This document shows positions 25,829 to 35,458 of a stretch of 51,810 nucleotides of DNA, one piece after another. The notes beneath the pieces are model-generated. The model saw only the letters and a list, made by a program, of their open reading frames with translations. It was not told where the DNA came from and did not search any database. Positions within the stretch are counted from its first letter, which is position 1; every line of letters begins with the position of its first letter. Source of the stretch: an uncultured bacterium (lineage in GTDB: Bacteria > Chloroflexota > Dehalococcoidia > UBA2979); contig CAXGQC010000001.1 in assembly GCA_964011795.1 (NCBI GenBank), positions 1-51,810 of the forward strand, read 5' to 3'. The position numbers and the translations under genes are program-made.

Positions 25829-27072
25829 GCATGGAAACGCTGGGGCCTCTTTCGGGGATTCGAGTGCTCGATCATGGGCACGTGTGGGCCGGGCCTTTAC
25901 TAGGGATGAGTTTTAAAGATATGGGAGCTGAGGTAATAAAAATTCAGTCGCCAAGCGGGAATTCTGGAGTCTCCATGGGCGGACGTGGAATGCCGGGAAC
26001 CACTGCCGGTGGTGACGTCGAAGAACTCGATCCTATGGGATTCCATGCTTTCGACCGGGGCAAGAAAAGTCTGACGCTTAATCTCCAGTCTCCAGAGGGT
26101 GTCGAAATTTACAAGCGGCTGGTCGCAAAAACAGATGTAATTGTTGAAAACTTCTCCGCTCGAGTCATGCCCGCGTTAGGTCTGGCATACGAGGTCTTAT
26201 CCGAAATCAATCCACGAATAATTCTTGCGTCGTTATCTGCTTCAGGTGCCACGGAAGGTCCATGGAGAGACCTTGTCACCTACGGGCCATCACTCGCAGC
26301 GTTATACGGAATAAAAAGTGTGCTCGGATACCACGACTCGGAACATCCTCAGGAAGACCAAGCTGATCTCGATCCTACGGCCGCAGGCCACGCATTTTTT
26401 GCGACTCTCGCGGCTCTCGAAGCTCGAGACAGAACGGGTAAAGGTCAGCATCTAGATATCGCACAAGGAGAGGCATCTATCCAAAGAATAGGTGAGCCCA
26501 TTATGGACTATCTCCTTACAGGGCGAATCGCCGGTCCTCAGGGAAATCGTTATCCAGGGATGGCTCCGCACGGCTTTTATCGCTGTAGTGGAGATGACAG
26601 TTGGATATCAATTTCTATCCGTGATGAAGATGAATGGACTCGATTAATTGAGTTTTGCGGAGAAATGGTACCGGCAATAAGAGACGAACGATTTTCCGCC
26701 CTGAGTGACCGCCTTACCTTTCAGGACGAGTTGGATTCCATACTTGAGCGTTGGACACTCAATTATGAATCATGGGATCTCACACGACAACTGCAAAAAA
26801 TCAGAATTCCTGCTTATCCAGTGATGGGGGCCATTGAACTAGCAGCAGACGAAAACTTTAACGCGCTCAATCAATCGAATCTTGTGATGCGCAATACGAC
26901 ATACTCAAAAGACGCTATCTATCGCGGGGTGGTCTGGAAACTCGATGACGGCTGGGGTGAAATATCGGGCTCACTCCCAAAAGCCGGGGCCGACAACAAT
27001 GACATCTTGATTGACCTGCTAGGGTATGACGGAAATACTGTTAAGGACTTCGAGATGCGTGGTGTTATCTGA
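25825..27072 (+). CDS. family III CoA-transferase (beta-type of pair 1)
   Basis: Contains IRVLDHGHVWAGPLLGMSFKDMGAEVIKIQ. ATGA overlap with the upstream paralogue. Confidence 0.9.
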   Translation: MSMETLGPLSGIRVLDHGHVWAGPLLGMSFKDMGAEVIKIQSPSGNSGVSMGGRGMPGTTAGGDVEELDPMGFHAFDRGKKSLTLNLQSPEGVEIYKRLVAKTDVIVENFSARVMPALGLAYEVLSEINPRIILASLSASGATEGPWRDLVTYGPSLAALYGIKSVLGYHDSEHPQEDQADLDPTAAGHAFFATLAALEARDRTGKGQHLDIAQGEASIQRIGEPIMDYLLTGRIAGPQGNRYPGMAPHGFYRCSGDDSWISISIRDEDEWTRLIEFCGEMVPAIRDERFSALSDRLTFQDELDSILERWTLNYESWDLTRQLQKIRIPAYPVMGAIELAADENFNALNQSNLVMRNTTYSKDAIYRGVVWKLDDGWGEISGSLPKAGADNNDILIDLLGYDGNTVKDFEMRGVI

Positions 27073-27119
27073 TCCGCTCGAATGCGCTAAGCTATTCGGG
27101 CGTGAGTACGGGGGTATGA

Positions 27120-27926
27120 ATGTCAATCAATACGAATGGACTGTTGGAGGGTAAGGTAGCTGTAATCACAGGTGCCTCCCGTGGCATTGGTGAAGCCATT
27201 GCAATCCGCTACGCGATGGAAGGGGCGAAAGTCGTTGTATCAGCAAGAACAGTAGACGATGGTGACCATATCCTTCCGGGAAGCATGAATTCCGTTGTCC
27301 AACGGATCAATGACGCGGGCGGTGAAGCAGCAGCGATCAGATGTGACATGGCTTTAGCGGAAGATCGAATTGCCTTGATTGCAGAGACGGAAAAACTGTT
27401 TGGCGGAGTGGACATTCTGGTTAACAATGCCGCCGTAACTTATTTCATACCAATCGCAGATTTCCCCGACAAAAGGGAAAAACTCATGTTCGAGGTCCAG
27501 GTACATGGGCCAGTGCATCTCGCGCAACTAGCAATGGAAAACATGAGACAGAAAAAGAATGGTTGGATTCTTAACATATCATCGCACGCTGCGCTGCATC
27601 CTGAGGTAGACGCAGCTGGGTCCGGGGGCACCGTGTATGGGATGTGCAAGGCCGCACTAGAGCGCTTCTCCACGGGACTGGCCTCGGAGGTCAACGATCA
27701 CAACATTCGTGTGAACGCGATTTCACCTGGATTGGTTGCGACGCCTGGGGTCGTTCATCATGGACTAGTAAATGACACCAATAAAGATCGTGTTGTTCCA
27801 GTGGAGAATATGGCGGAGGCGTGTCTCAGACTCGTGCACGATCATGGAGGCCCACTTTCAGGACGTATTACTTACGCGGACGTCATGCTGGAAGAATTCT
27901 CTTTAGCGCCCGCAGATTTGATTTAA
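27120..27926 (+). CDS. short-chain dehydrogenase/reductase (SDR)
   Basis: Contains TGASRGIGEAIA, NNAA and the Y-x3-K motif (YGMCKAAL). Confidence 0.9.
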   Translation: MSINTNGLLEGKVAVITGASRGIGEAIAIRYAMEGAKVVVSARTVDDGDHILPGSMNSVVQRINDAGGEAAAIRCDMALAEDRIALIAETEKLFGGVDILVNNAAVTYFIPIADFPDKREKLMFEVQVHGPVHLAQLAMENMRQKKNGWILNISSHAALHPEVDAAGSGGTVYGMCKAALERFSTGLASEVNDHNIRVNAISPGLVATPGVVHHGLVNDTNKDRVVPVENMAEACLRLVHDHGGPLSGRITYADVMLEEFSLAPADLI

Positions 27927-27989
27927 ATTATCGGGCTCAGCTGAGCTCGTAGATTATTATGAGGAAGTCTTAAATTAAGGAGACAAAAA

Positions 27990-29108
27990 ATGGAAGGCAA
28001 TCCACTACACACACGGCTTTGCGAAGAATACGGTTGTGAAATACCGGTAGTCGCATTTGCTCATACAAAAGATGTTATTGCGGCAGTTTCGAATGCTGGT
28101 GGTATAGGTATCCTCGGGGCGACCGGCCTAAAACCAGAGGAACTCCGATCAGATATTGCATGGATTAGGGACAAGATTGGTGACAAGCCGTTCGGCGTCG
28201 ATCTTCTTGTGCCAGCTTCATTTGTTGAAGGTAATCGCGAAGATTTAGACGAAATGATCCCCGACGAGCATCGGGAATTTGTAACACACATTAAGTCGGT
28301 TTCAGGTGCTCCTGATTCGCCACCACCGAGCGATATTGACCCGACTTACTCGGGTTATGAAAACCTGCTCGAGCGATCTAGGCAACAGTTAGATGTCTTA
28401 TTTGAGGAAAAAGTACCCATATTTGCCTCAGGTCTAGGAAGCCCCGCTTTCATCATTGAACGGGCTCATCAAGAGGGTATGAAAGTCTGGGGACTCGTTG
28501 GACTTCCTCGACAGGCCCGCAGACAGATTGAAGCAGGCGTGGATGTTGTAGTCGCCCAAGGTTATGACTCGGGCGGGCACAGTGGAACCGTGGGCACCTT
28601 CACCCTGGTACCGGAAGTCGTAAAAATGGCGGAAGGCACAGACACGTTAGTGCTGACAGCGGGTGGAGTATCTAGCGGTAAACATCTTGCAGCTTCCATT
28701 GCTATGGGTTCAGCCGGAGTCTGGACAGGCACTATCTGGCTAGCTACGCATGAATCAGAGACTGCCATGTTCCTAAAACAACGAATAATTGATTCAAAAG
28801 TAGAGGATGCAGTCCAGTCCAGGGCTATGTCTGGCAAACCAATCCGACAACTCAGATCACGATGGTCAGATATCTGGAAAGAGGACGGAGCTCCTGATAC
28901 GCTCCCCATGCCGCTTCAGGGTATGCTCGTGAATGATGTGCTCAGGGATATTAAGGAAGCCAATCTCGAAGATTGGATGACTACACCAGCTGGTCAAGCA
29001 ATCGTTGGTATTGACGCGATTAAACCGGCCGCTGAGGTAGTGTATGACATGGCTGATGAGGCACTCGAACTCTTTGAGCGTGCTACTGAAACGTCAGCCA
29101 CCGCTTAA
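27990..29108 (+). CDS. nitronate monooxygenase / NPD-like FMN-dependent oxidoreductase
   Basis: Contains AGGIGILG and QGYDSGGHSG. 372 aa. AAGGAG SD upstream. Confidence 0.85.
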   Translation: MEGNPLHTRLCEEYGCEIPVVAFAHTKDVIAAVSNAGGIGILGATGLKPEELRSDIAWIRDKIGDKPFGVDLLVPASFVEGNREDLDEMIPDEHREFVTHIKSVSGAPDSPPPSDIDPTYSGYENLLERSRQQLDVLFEEKVPIFASGLGSPAFIIERAHQEGMKVWGLVGLPRQARRQIEAGVDVVVAQGYDSGGHSGTVGTFTLVPEVVKMAEGTDTLVLTAGGVSSGKHLAASIAMGSAGVWTGTIWLATHESETAMFLKQRIIDSKVEDAVQSRAMSGKPIRQLRSRWSDIWKEDGAPDTLPMPLQGMLVNDVLRDIKEANLEDWMTTPAGQAIVGIDAIKPAAEVVYDMADEALELFERATETSATA

Positions 29109-29128
29109 TCCCACGTCAGGTATTTCCC

Positions 29129-29410
29129 ATGACTGAAAAAACGGAGCAGGGACAACCAAGAGATTCGATGCAGATCACGCTTGATTCTGAACTTGTGGGC
29201 AGGCGGGCAGAGGCGGACGGTGGAACTCAAGTGGGTAACACTAATTTCGCGTCACGCGCAGCCTTTGAGGGTGTCCTAACCGGACGGAAAATAGTCCAGG
29301 GAGATCCCCCCTGGTACTGGTTAGAAATTGGTCAATTATCGGTCAAACCAGACGATTTCGAGGACGAGTTCGTCTGGTGTGAGGAATCCTACGTTTATTT
29401 CATCGACTGA
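29129..29410 (+). CDS. 93-aa acidic protein, unknown function
   Basis: The ORF fills the NMO-etfB gap exactly on the same strand. No clear SD and no recognisable motif. Confidence 0.4.
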   Translation: MTEKTEQGQPRDSMQITLDSELVGRRAEADGGTQVGNTNFASRAAFEGVLTGRKIVQGDPPWYWLEIGQLSVKPDDFEDEFVWCEESYVYFID

Positions 29411-29422
29411 GTCTTTGGAGAT

Positions 29423-30250
29423 ATGAGGCACGCTATGCATATTCTTGTCGCTGCAAAGCAAGTATTGGATCCTGATGGGATTAACAGTTACGCACTTTGG
29501 GGCCGTCTAGAAGTCAGTGAGGACGGACGAGGATTCAATACCGGTGAGACAGTTCCTCGTATTATCAATGCCTATGACGAACAAGCGATGGAAGCCGCCC
29601 TGCAAATCGCCGAGACACGAGAGGATGTCCGAATCACGGCGGTCACTGTCGGCTCAGATACAGCCCCTGATGTACTGAAACGATGCTATGCAATGGGTGC
29701 TGAAAATACCATCCATGTGCACGACGAAGAAAGCCGACCAGGTGATCCGTTCCGAGTTTCCCAGATACTTGCAAGTGTGGCGGAGAACCTCGGAGATGTT
29801 GACTTAATTTTATGCGGTCGGCAGGGGTCTGATTATGACCAAGGAGCTGTTCCTGCCATACTGTCCGAGGATCTCGGACTGCCTTTCATTACCATGGCGG
29901 CTAAAGTGAAGTTAGATGAAGCAACAGGTTCACTGCATGTCGAGGTTGTGACTCCAGACGGACCGGAAACATTAGAATGCGATTTGCCGGCAGTGGTTGC
30001 CGTCAGTAATGAAATTGGTCAGCCACGCTATCCGAGTAGCCGGCGAATGATTCAGGCCCGCCGCAACCCTCCTACTGTGTTTCAGGCGAGCGAATTATTA
30101 CAGGAGCCAACGACAGGAAAGATGAGTATCAAACTCCTTACAGTCCCATTAGTGCAAGGCAACTGCGAGATAATTGAAGGCGGTGACCCGAAAGAGAAGG
30201 CATCACAGCTACTCCAGATCCTTCGCGAGCGAGGTGCTATAAATGGCTGA
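29423..30250 (+). CDS. etfB: electron transfer flavoprotein beta subunit
   Basis: Contains ILVAAKQVLDP...NAYDEQAMEAAL...ILCGRQGSDYDQG. Confidence 0.9.
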   Translation: MRHAMHILVAAKQVLDPDGINSYALWGRLEVSEDGRGFNTGETVPRIINAYDEQAMEAALQIAETREDVRITAVTVGSDTAPDVLKRCYAMGAENTIHVHDEESRPGDPFRVSQILASVAENLGDVDLILCGRQGSDYDQGAVPAILSEDLGLPFITMAAKVKLDEATGSLHVEVVTPDGPETLECDLPAVVAVSNEIGQPRYPSSRRMIQARRNPPTVFQASELLQEPTTGKMSIKLLTVPLVQGNCEIIEGGDPKEKASQLLQILRERGAING

Positions 30251-31214
30251 TCCTATTCTTGTGCTGGCACATATTGACGAGACTTTGGAAATTGATATCG
30301 GCACCAAAGAAGCTCTCGGTTTTGCGCTCAATGTATCCAAACAAACGGGTAGCACTGTGGAATGCGGACTCATTGGTACGGATAACGCATCGGCTGTTGA
30401 TGCCGTTACAGGACTCGGCGCTACTAAGGTCTATACGGTCGAAGATTCTTCGCTCGCTCGTTTTTCTGGTGACAATGTAGTCTCAGCCGCATCCCGCATA
30501 GTTTCCAGCTCAGGAGCAGGCCTCGTGCTACTTGGAAGACATCCATCGACACTCGAATTCGTACCTCGATTGTCAAAACGCGTCGGGGGCAGCTGTGTCA
30601 TGAACGTGACAGGAATTGCAGCCATAGATGCTCAATATACAGAAGTTGAGGCCGCTGTTTACGGTGGGGCAGCTAGAGCACTGTATCAGGTTGATTCTGG
30701 TCTACCGGCGGTTCTTGGCCTGAGACCTGCTGCTGCCGAAGCCCCAGAGCCTCTATCGGACAGTTCTTCTGACGTGGTACCACTCAGTCTTGAACCTACA
30801 ACTGAGCGAGTGCGGGTTATCACGGCGGCAACCGCTGATAGAGGACCACGTTTGGAAGATGCAGAGATAGTCGTGTCAGGCGGTCGAGGCTTACAAAATG
30901 CTGAGAATTTTGGTCTGGTGCGGGAGTTGGCGAGTCTTCTTAACGGCCTGCCTGGGGCTTCTCGTGCAATTGTTGATGAATACTGGGCCCCACCCACTGA
31001 GCAAATTGGACTAACAGGTACCACCGTTGCTCCCGCGTTGTATTTAGCAGCTGGTATTTCAGGAGCAAGTCAGCACATGGCGGGATGTTCTAATGCCCGT
31101 TTGATAGTAGCAATTAATTCCGACCCCGAAGCTCCGATCTTCAAATATGCTGACGTAGGCATCGTGGATGATTGCCTAGCTGTTCTACCTGAACTCATTC
31201 AGCTTCTGCGCTAG
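30243..31214 (+). CDS. etfA: electron transfer flavoprotein alpha subunit
   Basis: Contains VVSGGRGL...GASRA.VD...QIGLTG..V.P.LYLAAGISGASQHMAG. 8-nt overlap with etfB. Confidence 0.9.
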   Translation: MADPILVLAHIDETLEIDIGTKEALGFALNVSKQTGSTVECGLIGTDNASAVDAVTGLGATKVYTVEDSSLARFSGDNVVSAASRIVSSSGAGLVLLGRHPSTLEFVPRLSKRVGGSCVMNVTGIAAIDAQYTEVEAAVYGGAARALYQVDSGLPAVLGLRPAAAEAPEPLSDSSSDVVPLSLEPTTERVRVITAATADRGPRLEDAEIVVSGGRGLQNAENFGLVRELASLLNGLPGASRAIVDEYWAPPTEQIGLTGTTVAPALYLAAGISGASQHMAGCSNARLIVAINSDPEAPIFKYADVGIVDDCLAVLPELIQLLR

Positions 31215-31260
31215 AATTCAGTGATCCATAAACAGTAAACCTAAAAGGCGCTAATTTTCC

Positions 31261-31920
31261 GTGAGCTCTGATATCCAACTGGAATCCCCGAGACAATACC
31301 GGCCAGATGGTGGTTCTGTTATCGAGATGCATGCCCATAGCTCAGATAAATCACTCGATAGTGGGGTGAGTGTGGAGAAACTCGTAGAACAAGCAGCTGC
31401 CAGAGGACTAGATGGCATCTGCCTAACTGAGCACAACGCACTATGGCCTGAGGAAGATACTCGGCGACTTAGCGAAATCTTCGAGATTAACGTGCTTCCT
31501 GCAATCGAGTTAGGTACGAATTTTGGTCATATTCTCGCGTATGGTTTCTCACGATATCGACCTCAACTACTCATGATGGATCACCTAATTAAGAGTGCCG
31601 AGGAAGAGGGTGTTGCACTAATCGTGGCACATCCGATGCGGTCAACGGGCACCGCACGCAGGCCGTCTAGCGAGGAAATACAACGCTGGTTCACTGGCAT
31701 TGAAGCAGTCAATGGTGATCATTCAGACAGTGATGACGGCTACTACGTGAGACTGGCACAAGAACTAGGTGTCGTCGCGATTGGCGGTTCCGACGCGCAT
31801 TCGGTTCAAGCGGTTGGACGGGCAGCCACCATATTCCCAACGGAAATCAAAACAATAAGCGATCTTGTTTTTGCACTGCAGCAAAGAAATGCATCGCCCT
31901 TAGATCTGAGGATCAGCTGA
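31261..31920 (+). CDS. PHP-domain metal-dependent phosphoesterase
   Basis: Contains EMHAHSSDKSLDS...GLDGICLTEHN...AHP...GGSDAHS. The GTG start is uncertain. Confidence 0.75.
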   Translation: MSSDIQLESPRQYRPDGGSVIEMHAHSSDKSLDSGVSVEKLVEQAAARGLDGICLTEHNALWPEEDTRRLSEIFEINVLPAIELGTNFGHILAYGFSRYRPQLLMMDHLIKSAEEEGVALIVAHPMRSTGTARRPSSEEIQRWFTGIEAVNGDHSDSDDGYYVRLAQELGVVAIGGSDAHSVQAVGRAATIFPTEIKTISDLVFALQQRNASPLDLRIS

Positions 31921-31929
31921 TTTTCAGGT

Positions 31930-34900
31930 CTACCAAGCGTCGATGAACGGTCGTTTCTTGCCTGATCTCACCGGTGGTGACTTTGCAGCCTTAAGCGTTC
32001 CGGCAATCCACGCTCTAGATTCAGATGGGTCAATTGTGTCATCGAAACCAAAGTTCATGCCAGTATTTAATGCTTTGCCACGCTCATACGCGCGAGCCAC
32101 CATCGCCTCATATTTTTCGAGTCGCTCTACAGGGTCTTCAATCGAGGCAAGTTCATCGCGATATCCTAGCTTTACCGACCCTTCCAAACCCATGCCACCA
32201 AATTCCCCGGTTGGCCACGACACAGTAAATTGAGGCTGTCGATAATTGCCACCAGTCATAGCTATCGCACCGAGTCCATAGGCTTTCCGCAAAATAATTG
32301 ACATGAAAGTTGTCTCAATATTTGCTCCATGCAGGAATAGACGGTTCGCGTGGCGCACCAGAGCTGTCTTTTCTACTTCTGGGCCGACCATGATTCCAGG
32401 AGTATCAACCAAAGTGAGTAACGGAAGATCAAACGCATCACAAAGCTGCATAAATCGAGCCGCCTTGTCAGCACCATCTGAGTCAATAGCGCCGCCAAGA
32501 TGGCCAGGATTGTTGGCGATAATCCCCAAACTTTTCCCTTCCACTCGTACCAGGGCCGTGACCATTCCAATTCCAAAGTCAGGACGTATTTCAAGAATCG
32601 AATCCACATCTGCAAGCGTATGAATCACGTCCCGAACGTTGTATACACGCAACCTATTCTCCGGAACAATCTGGCGCATTTCTCGTTGATCAGGAGCCTC
32701 CCAATCATTAATTGGCCCCTGGAAGTAAGACAGGTATTTCTTAGCTACTGTGACTGCTTCTTCCTCGTCTTTAACAGATATATCTACTACGCCGTTAGGT
32801 ATTTGTATTTCCATTGGCCCTATATCTTCAGGAGCAAAAATGCCTAGGCCACCCCCTTCGATCATTGCTGGACCACCCATACCGATATTTGATCCTTCTG
32901 TGGCGATAATTACATCACAGCAGGCAAGTAACGAAGCATTCCCTGCAAAACAACGCCCAGTCGTGATCCCAACCATCGGAACAAGGCCACTCAAAGTGGA
33001 AAAAGAAGCAAAGGTAGAACTACCACCAGCTGCGTGTAGACCGTCATCGCCAGGACGACCACCGCCACCTTCGGCGAATAAGACAAGAGGTAGTCTGGAA
33101 TTTCGAGCGACCTCAATCATACGGTCTGTTTTTTGATGATTTCTATTCCCTTGTGTACCTGCCAGCACCATATAGTCATATGCGATGGTCGCGACCATAC
33201 TTTCAGGATCGGAAAATAGATCTCCATTCACACTTCCGATACCGGTGATCATTCCGTCACGGGGAGTCTTTGCAATCAACTCGTCTAGGCTACGTCGTGA
33301 GAATTGGTTAGCGAGGACCAAAGGTCCGTACTCCAAAAATGTTCCCGTATCAAACAAATCTTCAACATTTTCCTGAACTGTCCTCAGTAGTCGAGCATGA
33401 CGTTTGGACACTGCCTCTTCTCTGTTCGCATCCAGTGCCGCTGCTCGACGCGTCAAAATTTCTTCGAGATCCGGACGTATAAAATCCAGATCGATAGAAC
33501 TCTCTCCTTCAATCAAACCGCCAATAACCTCGTGCTCTTCAATAATCATCAGCGCATGATTCTCCCAAAGAGTATCTCCACGACCCACGTTTATAGCACT
33601 TATCGAACCACTCATATGAGCTCGTATCTCATGTTGCATCTTCATCGATTCCATCACTGCGAGGAGTTGTCCAGCCTGCACTTCCTGGCCAACAGACACC
33701 TCAATTGATACGACCGTACCTTGCAGAGGTGATCTTACCGATCCTGGAAGGTCACCCTGTCCAGTACGATCTTCGAGACTTGATGTGTCCTGGCCTCGAC
33801 TGGCTTGCATCCCGTATTCCAACACAGCCAACGGGTCGTCAGAATCGATTGACGCTCCAGCTTGCTCACTTAGCTCGCCTCTCTGAAACGGAGTTGAGTC
33901 CGTGAGTTCTTGTGCTAGCTGGACGAGTTCGGCGGCCTCCAAATCGACGAAACGCGTATGTATCTCTCCGCTCAAAAATGAGGGATGGACCAATAGAGAC
34001 CGCAAAAAGGAAATATTAGTATCGACACCTTCGACATCGAACTCAGCGAGCGCAGTTTCAACTCGTTTCACAGTCGCATCGAAATCGTCTGAACTGGAGT
34101 ATCCAATTACTTTGGCTAACAGTGAGTCAAAACTTGTGGCTGTCTGGTACCCGTTATAGCCGAATGTATCAGTCCGTACTCCTCTACCTGATGGTGGGTT
34201 AAATACAGATAATGTTCCAGCAGAGGGAATTACACTACCATCCTCATTGATCTTCTCCATGTTCACTCTCGCCTGTATGGCGTAACCCCTAGCCGGAACG
34301 ATCTGTTCCTGGCGTAGCCCGAGTGAGTCGAGACTTGCACCTGAAGCGATCTGTAACTGAGTCTGTACTAAGTCAATTCCGGTGACTTCCTCAGTGACTG
34401 TATGCTCCACCTGTAGTCTTGGATTCACCTCAATGAAAAAGAACTCTTCCGAATTTTCTTGGTGTGTCGAAACTAAAAATTCGACCGTGCCCAAATTTTC
34501 GTAACTTGCGGCCCTCCCAAGTGTCACAGCTGCGTCAAGTAATGCGTCACGAGAAGTCGTGGACAAAAAGGGCGCAGGGGCGATCTCAAGGATTTTTTGA
34601 TGCCGCCTTTGCACCGAGCAGTCTCGCTCCCAGAAATGAGATATCGACCCCGCTGAGTCTCCCGCTACCTGCACTTCGATATGACGAACGTTGGGGATAT
34701 ATCTCTCAATATAGAGATCTCCATTTCCAAATGATGCTGCGGCTTCTGCCTGTGCCCCTCGAAAAGCCTGCTCAACATCACTGTCCTTATCAAGCATACG
34801 GACCCCGCGTCCACCTCCACCGTGGACTGCTTTGAGGATTGCCGACTGGCTCTCATCTAATGATCCGAGAAATTCAGTCGCCTCTGCCGCCGTTACCGGA

Positions 34901-35316
34901 TGGTCTAGACCTGGCAAAACAGGTATTCCGTGCTGAACCGCAAGCTTTCTTGCCGACACCTTGTCACCAAATACATCCAGTGAAGACGGCGCTGGACCTA
35001 CAAATTTCATCCCAGCTGCTTCACACTTCGTAGCAAATTCTGAATTCTCACTGAGAAACCCATATCCTGGGTGGACTGCATCACATCCACTCTGCAGACC
35101 AACTTGCACTATTTGATCTACATCCAAATAAGGTAGCGCGCCCTGGCCCTCAAGTAGCAGCGCTTCATCAGCCCTCTGCCAATGGATCGAATTAATGTCT
35201 GCTTCAGAATATATCGAGCAAGTCTGCACTCCTAATTCCTTGGCAGCTCTGATAATACGGACAGCTATTTCACCACGATTGGCTATTAGTAATTTCTGCA
35301 CTTCAATATCCCCCAT
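31930..35316 (-). CDS. single-chain biotin-dependent acyl-CoA carboxylase (BC - linker - BCCP - carboxyltransferase)
   Basis: The N-terminal biotin carboxylase has KLLIANRGEIAVRIIRAAKELG and an ATP-grasp region. The biotinyl motif is AVMESMKMQHEI. The C-terminal ~530 aa form an acyl-CoA carboxyltransferase (PccB/AccD5-like) domain. The ATG at 35316 is preferred over the TTG at 35322. Confidence 0.9.
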   Translation of the reverse strand: MGDIEVQKLLIANRGEIAVRIIRAAKELGVQTCSIYSEADINSIHWQRADEALLLEGQGALPYLDVDQIVQVGLQSGCDAVHPGYGFLSENSEFATKCEAAGMKFVGPAPSSLDVFGDKVSARKLAVQHGIPVLPGLDHPVTAAEATEFLGSLDESQSAILKAVHGGGGRGVRMLDKDSDVEQAFRGAQAEAAASFGNGDLYIERYIPNVRHIEVQVAGDSAGSISHFWERDCSVQRRHQKILEIAPAPFLSTTSRDALLDAAVTLGRAASYENLGTVEFLVSTHQENSEEFFFIEVNPRLQVEHTVTEEVTGIDLVQTQLQIASGASLDSLGLRQEQIVPARGYAIQARVNMEKINEDGSVIPSAGTLSVFNPPSGRGVRTDTFGYNGYQTATSFDSLLAKVIGYSSSDDFDATVKRVETALAEFDVEGVDTNISFLRSLLVHPSFLSGEIHTRFVDLEAAELVQLAQELTDSTPFQRGELSEQAGASIDSDDPLAVLEYGMQASRGQDTSSLEDRTGQGDLPGSVRSPLQGTVVSIEVSVGQEVQAGQLLAVMESMKMQHEIRAHMSGSISAINVGRGDTLWENHALMIIEEHEVIGGLIEGESSIDLDFIRPDLEEILTRRAAALDANREEAVSKRHARLLRTVQENVEDLFDTGTFLEYGPLVLANQFSRRSLDELIAKTPRDGMITGIGSVNGDLFSDPESMVATIAYDYMVLAGTQGNRNHQKTDRMIEVARNSRLPLVLFAEGGGGRPGDDGLHAAGGSSTFASFSTLSGLVPMVGITTGRCFAGNASLLACCDVIIATEGSNIGMGGPAMIEGGGLGIFAPEDIGPMEIQIPNGVVDISVKDEEEAVTVAKKYLSYFQGPINDWEAPDQREMRQIVPENRLRVYNVRDVIHTLADVDSILEIRPDFGIGMVTALVRVEGKSLGIIANNPGHLGGAIDSDGADKAARFMQLCDAFDLPLLTLVDTPGIMVGPEVEKTALVRHANRLFLHGANIETTFMSIILRKAYGLGAIAMTGGNYRQPQFTVSWPTGEFGGMGLEGSVKLGYRDELASIEDPVERLEKYEAMVARAYERGKALNTGMNFGFDDTIDPSESRAWIAGTLKAAKSPPVRSGKKRPFIDAW

Positions 35317-35458
35317 CAACAACGAATATATGAACTATGTTGCACCGATGCTGAACACTTATCTCACATAGTGGAGTCTTTAGCAAATCTTCTCGGAAAC
35401 AGTTACACTCGCACGACAATAATCCAATAAAGTAATGGAAACACGGTGAGGTTGACTA

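Noticed and set aside
32750-34835. Long plus-strand ORFs (for example, 32750..33136 at 128 aa and 34464..34835 at 123 aa) inside the carboxylase gene
   Set aside because: They are antisense to a 1128-aa gene with unmistakable BC/BCCP/CT motifs. Their translations are low-complexity (Pro/Ser/Arg-rich) with no motifs. These are typical shadow ORFs.
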